Shown: positions 31,201 through 39,815 of the stretch, in pieces | Numbering within the stretch: position 1 is the stretch's first letter | Layout of the letters: the number at the start of each line of letters is the position of its first letter | Source of the DNA: Candidatus Hermodarchaeota archaeon | Lineage (GTDB): Archaea; Asgardarchaeota; Thorarchaeia; Thorarchaeales; Thorarchaeaceae | DNA: 64,000 nucleotides | Assembly: GCA_048885865.1 (NCBI GenBank) | Contig: JBHLLF010000006.1 | Location: forward strand, 1-64,000 | Direction: 5' to 3' | Made by a program: the position numbers and the translations under genes | Notes under the pieces: model-generated | Told to the model about the DNA's origin: nothing | Databases searched by the model: none | Seen by the model: the letters and a program-made list of their open reading frames with translations, nothing else

Positions 31201-34200
31201 CTATGGGCAAATGCAACAGTTCTGAATGTGTATGGTGAACCAGTGGATGATGCTTCGGTATCACTTGTGGCTTCATATCCATTTGGCGGAGGAACTGCAG
31301 AGCAGACGATGGGATTGGTGTATGATGAATTAACAGACCTGTACACCACAACTGTTGCTCCGAACTGGCCAATGGGGATAGTAAACCTGTCTCTCTCCGT
31401 CAGCCACGATTATTACGTTGGTGTTGTCCAAGATTTTGAGAATGCTTTGAGAGTCGAGTCACCCCTGAGCATATCACTCTTCACTGCGTCTGAAGTGATG
31501 CAGGGAGGAGATCTTGCCATTAACATAACTGTAACAGACAGCCTAGGTGCTAAGGTGACAGATGCGGATGTCAATGTCACGCTTGATGGTGCAAACTATA
31601 CCGCATTTTATGTCGAGGGCTCCTATTATACTTCAATTTCAGGGATTACACTTGCTCCAGGCAGTCACACAGTCTTTGCCTACGCGGACCATGAATATGC
31701 AACCGCTGGAACAAGTCATTCACGGCTCGTATCAGTCTTAGCCTACAATCTGACAATCCTTCGAAATTCTCCTGCACAAACACTGCAGGACCAGTTCTTC
31801 ACAACGTGGCTCAATATCACTGACTTATACGGAAACCCGATTGATGGTGCGACTGTTTCAGTAGACTTTGGGGTAATTGATTACACATTGCTAGAAATCC
31901 AACCAGGTAGATATCTGCTGGATAGTGTTGCTGCAATGCCAGTTGGAAACTACACAGCAGACATCTTCATCCAGCACCCCTATGTTGAAGGTAACTGGTT
32001 TGGACAGTATCACATGGCAGTGACCGGAACTCTCGCGCCTGCTGTCGCCTATGAGTCCGATGTCGAGGGAGGAATGAATTTCACCGTTTCCATTTTTGTT
32101 TATGACTCGTACGGTGTTAGACCAGAAGGAGCATGGGTCGAAGTAGAACTCAACGGTGTAAATCACACCGCTACCCATATTGAAGGAGCAGAATTCAGAG
32201 TAGAATTGAATGCTTCATTGGGCATTGGTCAGCATAGCTTCATTGTGTATGTCGGATCTACCTTTGGAGAGCCAAGGGCTGATGCTCATGATTTATTCGT
32301 TTATTCTTATGCAGACACATTAGTAGAGTCGTCGTGGGGATGGGTAATGAACCAAGGAGACTTGACATGGTTGACTGTCACCGTGATGGATTGGCAGGAA
32401 ACTCCAGTGATTGACGCAACGGTAACTATGTTGAGTCCGGAAAGCCTCCTATTCGCACCTGGTGGCGATGGCACATATTGGGTGGATTTGGACACCACAG
32501 GTTATTCGCCGGCGAACTATACACTGCTGATTCTGGTTGAACATACCTACCTGATGGCAAACGATGTTTATCTTGATTTGACAGTCAACGGACAAGCCGT
32601 AGTTGATGTCTATGTTCCAGATCTAGTAATCAACCACCAAAATGCAACCTTTGAGTTCGTGGTGGTTGACATCTATGGAAACCCGCTGTATGAATTTGAT
32701 TACAATTTCGTCTTTGCTAGCACCTTTACCAAATCGGATACATCGTATTACTATGAAGTCCTCTGGGACTTCCAGCCTGATGTCTATCCGGGACAATATC
32801 CATTGAATATGACAATAACGGGGCCATTTCTATCGCAGACCGAGTATGTAGTCTGGGTAGATGTCTTTGGTGACCCTCTGTCAAGTGTCCCCTCTCCCGT
32901 CAATCAGTCAACATATCTCCAAGGCGATCAGATAAACTTCACAGTTATCCTCGACGATTTGGCAGGCTATTCCATCTCAGGGGCGTATGTGACTGCTACA
33001 ATCCGTGGGAGCATATACGCTATGACGGAAGGAGTTGCGGGAGTCTATTCCAGAAATGTGCCAACTGCTGGGCTTCCTCTAGGTCAATACAATGTGACAA
33101 TTGGAATATCACATGACTACCTATTGTCGCAATCGCTCTCAATGGAATTGTACGTTAAGGGCTATGCCAGTGTGGACCTGTCTGTAACACCTAGTCCAGT
33201 TCTGAACCAGCACAATGTGACATTTGATTTCACAATCACCGATGCATATGGAAACCCACTGACTGGCTTTGATTACTATCTTGACTTCGCTGGAGTCTAT
33301 AACAATTCAGGGACATCAATGACCCACAAGATTTCATGGGAGGTGGATCCAAGCTTCGTACCGGGAAGCTATTGGCTCAACTTGACCGTCCAGAGTGTCC
33401 TGATTCTAAGGACTACTCATAACGTGAGCATTGGTGTGCAAGGAATTGTTGCCGCACAGATTATGCAGCCACTACCAGATTCGACATTTGCTCAAGGGGA
33501 CACAATCAACTTCATTGTACGGGTGCGAGACAATGCGACATCATACATCACAGGAGCCGATGTGACTCTCTATCTACATGGTACAACATACCCACTCACT
33601 GAAACAAGTATAGGTATCTACGAGATTAATGTCGCCACTTCTGCTCTTCCGCTAGGTGAATACAGCGCGCAAATAACGGTCTCTGGTGACTTCATGGAAA
33701 CACAACAGCTAGCGCGAAGATTTCACATTATAGGAGATGCCATTGTTAGAGTAGACACAGACCCGCTAGTCATATTGAATTATGAGAATGCCACATTTGC
33801 AATTGCAGTGGAAGACCAGTATGGCAACCCGATAGGTGATTATGACTACAACATAGACTTTGGAGGACAATATAGCATATCAGGAACCTCCGACTACTTC
33901 AAGCTCATCTGGACCTTCATACCACAATTGACTCCTAGTGCCTATGTCCTCAATGTGACAATCTCTGGTCCCCATATTCCTACGAGCTCGACCACTTTAC
34001 CGATTGATGTGAAGAGTCAAACGAATGTCACTATGCTTTCACCAATTGTGGATACGACATTTGTGCAAGGAACCGATTCCATAGAGTTCAGGACAGATTT
34101 GAGGGACATGCTTGATAATGTGATGGACGGCGGTTCCGTTTCAGTTCTCATTCATGACTCGTTCTTTGTCCTCACAGACCATGGCAACGGAACCTACGAA

Positions 34201-35775
34201 AGAATTGTGTCAACAGCAGGCTGGGCTGCTGGCAATTACAACTACACCTTGATGTTTAGCCATCCCTATTTGGCAGAAGAATCCACGGTTAGAGGAAACG
34301 TAGAGATTCTAGCTGAACTGGAGATCAGTGTTGAATTCTTCCCAGAAGTGCCTCAGCAGGGAGAGCTGCTTAACATCACAATTGACGTTGCTGATAAGTA
34401 TGGCAATCCTATTTCGGGCTTGGATATCACAGTTACATTCCAAAACCACCCAAAGCAACCTGTAGAAACAGATCAGAGTGGCACATATTTTGTCAGCTAC
34501 GTTGTGGCCTTACAAGGTTATGGGGACGAGGCCATTGTGGTTGAAGCGGAAGGCGTCATGTGTGTTGTATTTACCTCCCAGATTCTAGCGACAGTCCCAG
34601 TCATTGTTGCAGTTCCTCAAATCGCACTGACTGTTGAGTCATTTGGACCGCTCTTCATGATTTCCTTCTTCATTAGCTTCATTGGACTGCTCATCTACTT
34701 TAGAATTTCATCCGGGCTGTCACTCACAAGAGGGTCGCAAGAGAATCTCCTTCGAGGCTTGCGGAAGCTTGACTATCTATATGGCGCAGTTGTAGGTCTT
34801 GCTGGTCTCACAATATTCCATTCATATGTATCTGCAGGAGCTGGTAATTTCGGCCTAGCTGTTGCTGAGAGCGTCTTGGTGCTTGGCATCTCATTAATAC
34901 TCTATGGAATCTGGCTGTATAGAGATGCAACATCATCAATCCTAGCCACGCAGAATATCAGCAGAAGACGGATGGTTCTAGGCCTGTGGCATCTGATATT
35001 TGTCCCAATTGTTATCATTCAGATATTCGACTGGGGTCGAAACATTGAGTGGCTGAAGTTCTATGTATTGGACAATGTCTTCCACTTAGGTGAACTTATA
35101 GTGCCGACTATAATGATGACCATATTCGCGGCGTACCTCTCCTCGATTGTAATAGTCGTGGTTAATCTCTATAGAGAGATAAGTAAAGGACTCTCTCGTC
35201 TGAACGAGATGGCGGTTCTTGGAACTCCGCCAATAGTTGTGGAGCAAGAGTGTGTTGACCTCGTTGAGAATCTAGGTTCATCAATACGCATGAAATTCTT
35301 CATGTTCTTGGTTGTTCTGGCTGGGACCACTGTCCTCACCATGGACTTTCTCAGAAGCTACTCCTTGGGAGTCATTGTCCTATTGCCAGTGGTGTTCCTG
35401 CTGGTGATTCCATATGCGTCTTCAAAGATGGCAAGGGGTCTATCAAGAGCATCAGGTGCAATGCGAAGTAGAAAACCAGAAAGGTCCCTCTCCGAGATTG
35501 CCGACGAAACCACTGAAATTCCAGCTCCAATGGATGTAGAGGAATACGAAATCCCTGAGGCAGAAGAAGACATCGCTACGGAGGAGGAAGCAGCTGGCGA
35601 GCCTTCAGCTAAGCCCAAGACTCGCCTGACTAAGAAGGAGATCATTGAGAAGATTCCTGATGAGCTCAAAGAACTAATGGGAATGGAAGAGCTCGAGAAT
35701 CTTTCCAAGGCACAGCTTGAAGACCTGCTACCCTCAGACGAGGAGGATACAGAATCTACTGAATCGGCTGAATAG
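28255..35775 (+). CDS. 2506-aa surface protein: two FG-GAP/VCBS-like beta-propellers, about 12 Ig-like repeats, 7-TM region, acidic tail
   Basis: Signal segment IGIPLLIAILLLVPLC; Ca-loop motifs (DVDLDGHTE, GDFNGDSVID, YDINGDGRDD, VDDDGDAIDE, YDVDDDGVDE, DYDGDGELE); 12 D-x-x-G-[N/x]-P-type repeats; seven hydrophobic segments at about 34650-35420. Confidence 0.9.
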   Translation: MILMSSNRILSGRRPTASPLTVSQRELLRIGIPLLIAILLLVPLCSMDVTIQPFSDTDRGIDERYEPASNLIRINLPYFVGSVAAGNTTHGRGVAWIFNDTLRFKDPVNSVDASVNIGLGDPIFHTLVGTDVDLDGHTEFLFMMFNMTNLNLVIVDFDGGGSATMYDYNKIADPTGIIVGDFNGDSVIDAGVYSRHRLITKDLGSGTELGDFPQIPFTTEEIVKVCTGDFSLVPGDEIAVMYVQDPWTPSSRVFVDTIFGDGTSINPIPLQSSLNVQGFDMVSFEHGSDLDNLAITMLDSLAQESVMVAINANLTPRFSVRDAKYLGESYVKTGKFNMDSQEDLVVVPGQYFTLTTVNGADGRVMRMSAEACISMSSNAFAIGLLDSDSYSDIAVEGERGQFALYRGFNAETGYEDPRLPAPFEQILAYDINGDGRDDVVTLYGQINVLLSDTDPPQVTLDPLYPTHPTIYDPYLKVELTATDEMYIQESIVYIRPADLMIPGYQVNEMTEAQNGKYIFFQTDLQPGNYEYYIEVVDPYLNTYSYGNFTNPYTMKVEGHFASGAQYNVTFDQAQRHILALGNNSLGEDRIYTVVSDAELKSTSLRVFDTDFNKLGEFTLTETTGTDEAFEVYTGMFDGDNILDPILIGNNYTHTKVWAFNGATFTSWRNATYNLYPALYDHGMIIVDDDGDAIDELAFVGQNSTGFFLIRADGGFTSWSEADLKETSAIVDYVSINMFGTNPQLAILKYNNELDFYHLNNVTYLKTLNYTSPGATVFDEPFSIQVFKNSTHSSAQLMVAYRGWLVDVPTNYVCLVDENTISVGDWPSYTFTGKHIRVTLPYDVDDDGVDELSYMDDIGNASLYELSSTAVQSWSVYVSEAIPRGGIVLDYDGDGELEFVISTSDDLLTAISFDGRIDYRAYTGTAFNMVSIGHVDVGEGEDILAFPIFKARNSLAIIRDIDLLYMLDINFEIEANITIQGSGLWANATVLNVYGEPVDDASVSLVASYPFGGGTAEQTMGLVYDELTDLYTTTVAPNWPMGIVNLSLSVSHDYYVGVVQDFENALRVESPLSISLFTASEVMQGGDLAINITVTDSLGAKVTDADVNVTLDGANYTAFYVEGSYYTSISGITLAPGSHTVFAYADHEYATAGTSHSRLVSVLAYNLTILRNSPAQTLQDQFFTTWLNITDLYGNPIDGATVSVDFGVIDYTLLEIQPGRYLLDSVAAMPVGNYTADIFIQHPYVEGNWFGQYHMAVTGTLAPAVAYESDVEGGMNFTVSIFVYDSYGVRPEGAWVEVELNGVNHTATHIEGAEFRVELNASLGIGQHSFIVYVGSTFGEPRADAHDLFVYSYADTLVESSWGWVMNQGDLTWLTVTVMDWQETPVIDATVTMLSPESLLFAPGGDGTYWVDLDTTGYSPANYTLLILVEHTYLMANDVYLDLTVNGQAVVDVYVPDLVINHQNATFEFVVVDIYGNPLYEFDYNFVFASTFTKSDTSYYYEVLWDFQPDVYPGQYPLNMTITGPFLSQTEYVVWVDVFGDPLSSVPSPVNQSTYLQGDQINFTVILDDLAGYSISGAYVTATIRGSIYAMTEGVAGVYSRNVPTAGLPLGQYNVTIGISHDYLLSQSLSMELYVKGYASVDLSVTPSPVLNQHNVTFDFTITDAYGNPLTGFDYYLDFAGVYNNSGTSMTHKISWEVDPSFVPGSYWLNLTVQSVLILRTTHNVSIGVQGIVAAQIMQPLPDSTFAQGDTINFIVRVRDNATSYITGADVTLYLHGTTYPLTETSIGIYEINVATSALPLGEYSAQITVSGDFMETQQLARRFHIIGDAIVRVDTDPLVILNYENATFAIAVEDQYGNPIGDYDYNIDFGGQYSISGTSDYFKLIWTFIPQLTPSAYVLNVTISGPHIPTSSTTLPIDVKSQTNVTMLSPIVDTTFVQGTDSIEFRTDLRDMLDNVMDGGSVSVLIHDSFFVLTDHGNGTYERIVSTAGWAAGNYNYTLMFSHPYLAEESTVRGNVEILAELEISVEFFPEVPQQGELLNITIDVADKYGNPISGLDITVTFQNHPKQPVETDQSGTYFVSYVVALQGYGDEAIVVEAEGVMCVVFTSQILATVPVIVAVPQIALTVESFGPLFMISFFISFIGLLIYFRISSGLSLTRGSQENLLRGLRKLDYLYGAVVGLAGLTIFHSYVSAGAGNFGLAVAESVLVLGISLILYGIWLYRDATSSILATQNISRRRMVLGLWHLIFVPIVIIQIFDWGRNIEWLKFYVLDNVFHLGELIVPTIMMTIFAAYLSSIVIVVVNLYREISKGLSRLNEMAVLGTPPIVVEQECVDLVENLGSSIRMKFFMFLVVLAGTTVLTMDFLRSYSLGVIVLLPVVFLLVIPYASSKMARGLSRASGAMRSRKPERSLSEIADETTEIPAPMDVEEYEIPEAEEDIATEEEAAGEPSAKPKTRLTKKEIIEKIPDELKELMGMEELENLSKAQLEDLLPSDEEDTESTESAE

Positions 35776-36648
35776 TCACTCCAAGTCCTCAAGTGAAGGC
35801 TTGTCTTCGACGAACTCGCAGGCCAGACCCAAATTCAAGAAATAGTTGACCAGAGCGATGCACGCGAATTTCTCAGTAGAATAGTGGGTGGCTCCTATAA
35901 CATTGATCTCGTTCTCTTTGCAGACATCATGGAATAGTATCGATGGTTCATATGCCTTGACCATTCTTGTAATTCCTGTCACATACATATTTAGGCCAGC
36001 CTCGGCAATCTCACTCGCAATTTCCGGTTCGCCACCTCCACCTGCGACAAGTGCAACTTGCGAATCCTTGATCTCCTCAGATCCGTACCGCCACACCTTC
36101 ACCTTATGACCGACTGCAGACTTGACTCCTTCTGCAAATGCTGAAACAGTAGGTCTATCGGTCCTGCCCATAACACCAACTTCAGATCCGAAGTAATCGA
36201 AAAAGTAGCGGTTCGGCTCTACTCCTAAGGCTTTGGCCAGTGAAACTGTCGTGCTATATGGACCATTTCTATCCAGCGGGACATGGATGGCATAATATGA
36301 GATTCTCTGTTCTTTGAGTTCACTTAGAAACTCGTGTCGGATGTTTCTGAAAGGAGGCCCATCAAGGGTTGAGTCCCAAATCATTGGATGGTGAGTGAAT
36401 AGGAGAATATCCATCTCACCTGAATTGAGAAGACGACTGATGACCTCGTCGCTGGGAAAGACAGAAGTGTAGACCTTTTCGATTGATTCTGCGTTATCCA
36501 AGACCAATCCCATTTTCGTTTCCTTAAAGCTCTCAGTGACGAAATCTCCGAGGTCAGATAAGTCCCAGTCACCCTCATTGCATTTCTTTAGCTCGAAATC
36601 TTCATCTATTTGCTGATATAGCCGGCGCGCATCCATGCGAATCGACAA
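35776..36648 (-). CDS. NIF3/DUF34 dinuclear metal-centre protein
   Basis: LFTHHP, YAIHVPLD and ATHYSTE motifs. Confidence 0.88.
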   Translation of the reverse strand: MSIRMDARRLYQQIDEDFELKKCNEGDWDLSDLGDFVTESFKETKMGLVLDNAESIEKVYTSVFPSDEVISRLLNSGEMDILLFTHHPMIWDSTLDGPPFRNIRHEFLSELKEQRISYYAIHVPLDRNGPYSTTVSLAKALGVEPNRYFFDYFGSEVGVMGRTDRPTVSAFAEGVKSAVGHKVKVWRYGSEEIKDSQVALVAGGGGEPEIASEIAEAGLNMYVTGITRMVKAYEPSILFHDVCKENEINVIGATHYSTEKFACIALVNYFLNLGLACEFVEDKPSLEDLE

Positions 36649-36783
36649 TCAATGATATTTGGCTCATATGAGGTTTGGCATCATTCTGATTTTGCGCTAT
36701 TGCAATTAGTCGATGCCTATTTATGATGGTGCCCTCCAGCGAGGTACCGATTTAGACAAATCACCCTTCAGTCATTTTGACTG

Positions 36784-38319
36784 ATGATGGAGGATCATCG
36801 AGTGAGTAACTACAACAAGGTCACTGATGAGGTGGTCAAGAAGCTCGTAGCTATTTGTGGCGATGAGTACGTCACGACGAGCGAGCCACTTCGTCACAGC
36901 TATATGGCCAAAGGAATCATGGGGCTGGAAGCCGTGGTGCCCGAGGTCGTTGTCCGACCTGCAAACCCGGAAGAGGTTTCAAAGGTTCTCGTTGTTGCGA
37001 ACGAAAATCTTAGTCCTGTTACGCCTGCAGCAGGAGGACTTAGTGGAGGATTCGCGCTCCCTGCAATAGAACCTGGGGGAATTCTAATGGATATGACCCG
37101 GATGGACAAAATGGAGGTTGACACTGAAAACCGAGTCATGATCGTAGAACCGGGCGTAAAGTCAGGCGATGCGTGGAGGATTTTCAAGACAAAGTACCCG
37201 GAGTGGGCGCCACCGATTCCAGATGGGGCTCCACCTGCTGCGACAGTATTGGGCGATGCCATTGAAAGAGGGTTCTCGCTTGTGACCGGAGTATACGGCC
37301 CACAGGCAGACATGATCATGGGAATGGAAATTGTCTTGCCAACTGGTGAGATATTCCACACTGGGTCGTGGGCCCTCCCAGGTGCAAAGCCATTCTATCG
37401 CTGGGGCGTAGGTCCTAACCCAGATGGACTGTTTCTTGGGTCGCAGGGCTCAATGGGAATTATCACGAAATGTGCCATCAAGATGGTACCTCATCCTCAT
37501 TACAAGACGGTCGTCGCTTACGGAGGAGAAACTTGGGACGATATCGTCAAGCCTGCATGGGAGATATCCAAGCACGAGATGGGTGTTGGTGAACGCACGG
37601 TCATGGTGCAGGGAGGGAATTATGAATTGGTCATGACTCGCTGGCCAAAGACCAATGTGCCAACAGATTATGATTTCTACAAGAGTATTGGAATCGACAA
37701 GAAGTGGATGAATTACGAGTGCTGGGCATGGACCAAGGAGGAGCTCGACTTCACACTGAAGAAAATAGACGAAGTCTACAAAGACTACGAGGTGAAATAC
37801 TCAAGGAAGACTCCGCAACAAGATCTGCACCCGAAGCAGGTGGCATCGCGGCTGAAAAAGCCCAACAAGATTGCAATCCCATATTCGCTCTGGCAAGCTG
37901 GATTTCTATTCATCACGTGGTATTGTCCATGGCTAGAGAGCAGCAAGATGATGGAAGAGTACTGCGCTGCTATGGAGAACTACGGCTTTCCGCCGACCAT
38001 GTGGGTCGCATCGATTGACCATGCTCGACAGGCAATTGTCATGCCCATTCTTTGCTTTGACAGCACCGAGGACGGGATCATGGACAAGATTCGAGAGTTC
38101 AACCTCGAAACAACGAAGAGTTTCCTGAAGCAGGGCTGGCTTAATTATCGTCCAGACCCATTCGTACATGCTCCAGAAACCTTCACCAAGGCAAAGCAAT
38201 ACTACAAGATGCTGGTGAAGTTCAGGAAGGTCCTGGACCCAAATCTCATCCTGCATCCAGGCCGGTTGGCGATTCCATGGGAGTCTGTAACTGACTTGCC
38301 GAACCCGTTTGAGGAGTGA
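36784..38319 (+). CDS. FAD-binding oxidoreductase (GlcD/VAO-PCMH superfamily)
   Basis: PEVVVRPANPEEV, IVEPGV, GMEIVLPTGE, FLGSQGSMGIITK and LDPNLILHPG. Confidence 0.88.
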   Translation: MMEDHRVSNYNKVTDEVVKKLVAICGDEYVTTSEPLRHSYMAKGIMGLEAVVPEVVVRPANPEEVSKVLVVANENLSPVTPAAGGLSGGFALPAIEPGGILMDMTRMDKMEVDTENRVMIVEPGVKSGDAWRIFKTKYPEWAPPIPDGAPPAATVLGDAIERGFSLVTGVYGPQADMIMGMEIVLPTGEIFHTGSWALPGAKPFYRWGVGPNPDGLFLGSQGSMGIITKCAIKMVPHPHYKTVVAYGGETWDDIVKPAWEISKHEMGVGERTVMVQGGNYELVMTRWPKTNVPTDYDFYKSIGIDKKWMNYECWAWTKEELDFTLKKIDEVYKDYEVKYSRKTPQQDLHPKQVASRLKKPNKIAIPYSLWQAGFLFITWYCPWLESSKMMEEYCAAMENYGFPPTMWVASIDHARQAIVMPILCFDSTEDGIMDKIREFNLETTKSFLKQGWLNYRPDPFVHAPETFTKAKQYYKMLVKFRKVLDPNLILHPGRLAIPWESVTDLPNPFEE

Positions 38320-38385
38320 AATCCAGGGGGCGAGAAAAGTTACGCAACGTAACATCTTTAATGCAAACAGAGAAACAGGAGTAAG

Positions 38386-39702
38386 ATGGACATGGTAACA
38401 CTAGAAGAACTTCGCAAGATCAATGCACGATGTATTCACTGTCGAGCCTGTCAGTACGCATATAGCGGCGAGCCTGATAAAGAGGGAGAAACAGAGGAAT
38501 ACACCGGGATGCTCCAGGGTTGCCCCGCAGGGATATACTTCGGATGGGAGGGCTATTTCAACTCCGGCAAGCAATGGATGGCCCGGGCGTTTTTGAATGG
38601 CGAACTGCCAGCCAGCAAGGAACTACTCGAGGTAGCTGAAGCGTGTACGACATGCGGCATGTGCGAAACTCAGTGCCCAAACTACATTGACACAGTACAT
38701 GTCACTGAGGCGCTGAGGGCAGCTGTCCTCGAAGCAGGTGTGGAACCGCTTGATAAGCACAAAGGCTTCGGGACTAGGGTCAGAGACCCCAACATGAAGA
38801 ATCCCTATGCTGAGCCATTTGAGGAGCGCACCAAGTGGTTTAGTGGCGAGGTTGACAACAAGAACGTGAAAGTGGCGTATTTTGTGGGCTGCACCGGAGC
38901 ATATCGCCAACAGCATGTCGCAGACCACACTGCATCAATCCTGAAGAAACTTGGTTTCGACTTCACTGTGATGAGTGAGGAGGTCTGCTGCGGTTCACCA
39001 CTGCTGAGGACCGGGCAGAGAGATGTGTTCAGAGAAGTCATGGAGAAGAACCTAGAGATCTTCAAGGACTTTGACCTGCTTGTTTATTCATGCGCTGGCT
39101 GCTACAAGACATTCCGCAACGACTATCCCACCATGAGCGGCAAGCCCTTGCCATTCAAGGTGAAGCACACCGTGGACCTAGTCTATGAGCTTCTGAAGGA
39201 GGGCAAGCTCAAGATTAACAAGGAGTACGCTGAGAAGGTCACCTGGCATGATCCCTGCCATAGCATTCGCCATGTTGGCCTAGCTATCAAGAAGGACATC
39301 CTTGAGAACTCAGAGAACTGGCTTCTCGACGAGCGAAAGGCCAAGAAAGCCGAGGCTGAGTACTATGAGATGCCCCGTGAGGTGTTGAGAGCCATTCCCG
39401 GCCTTGAACTCCATGAGATGTATCGCATCAAGGGCGACAGCTTCTGCTGTGGGGCCGGAGGCGGTGTGAAGGCACAGTTTCCTGACATGGCGAATGCCAC
39501 TGCTAGGGAACGTATGAAAGAAGCGGCTTCTACTGGTGCAGATGTCATCATGACCTCATGTCCATTCTGCATCACGAACTTCTCTGATGCCGTAAAGGCA
39601 ATGAAGAAGGAGGAAGAAGAGACCGGCAAAGACCTTTCTGCGGAGGGATCGAAGCTGAAGGTGGTCGAGCTTCTTGAGGTTCTTGACCAGCTAATTGAGT
39701 AG
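38386..39702 (+). CDS. Fe-S oxidoreductase with two CCG domains (HdrD/GlpC-like)
   Basis: CIHCRAC...GCP and CTTCGMCETQCP; CCG domains GC...CCGSP...CAGC and HDPCH...CCGAGG...CPFC. Confidence 0.92.
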   Translation: MDMVTLEELRKINARCIHCRACQYAYSGEPDKEGETEEYTGMLQGCPAGIYFGWEGYFNSGKQWMARAFLNGELPASKELLEVAEACTTCGMCETQCPNYIDTVHVTEALRAAVLEAGVEPLDKHKGFGTRVRDPNMKNPYAEPFEERTKWFSGEVDNKNVKVAYFVGCTGAYRQQHVADHTASILKKLGFDFTVMSEEVCCGSPLLRTGQRDVFREVMEKNLEIFKDFDLLVYSCAGCYKTFRNDYPTMSGKPLPFKVKHTVDLVYELLKEGKLKINKEYAEKVTWHDPCHSIRHVGLAIKKDILENSENWLLDERKAKKAEAEYYEMPREVLRAIPGLELHEMYRIKGDSFCCGAGGGVKAQFPDMANATARERMKEAASTGADVIMTSCPFCITNFSDAVKAMKKEEEETGKDLSAEGSKLKVVELLEVLDQLIE

Positions 39703-39710
39703 TACAATTT

Positions 39711-39732
39711 GAGAGCCCCTCTTGGGGTTCTC
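39711..39732 (+). terminator. Hairpin with T-rich tail after the HdrD-like gene
   Basis: GAGAGCCCC-TCTT-GGGGTTCTC followed by TAATTACTTCTTTTCT. Confidence 0.5.
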
Positions 39733-39815
39733 TAATTACTTCTTTTCTAGACCGAGAAGTCAGAAATTCTGCGTTGGTGGCAAGGCATAATATTGCAATT
39801 GGACACGCTGAGTCC

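Noticed and set aside
34900-34930. YRD after TM3 as a GPCR DRY motif
   Set aside because: The order is reversed and a three-residue match is uninformative; it was not used as evidence of homology.
35358-35792. Ser-rich 144-aa antisense ORF (and similar ORFs at 10189..10773, 12684..13190, 58535..59095)
   Set aside because: Antisense shadows of well-supported genes.
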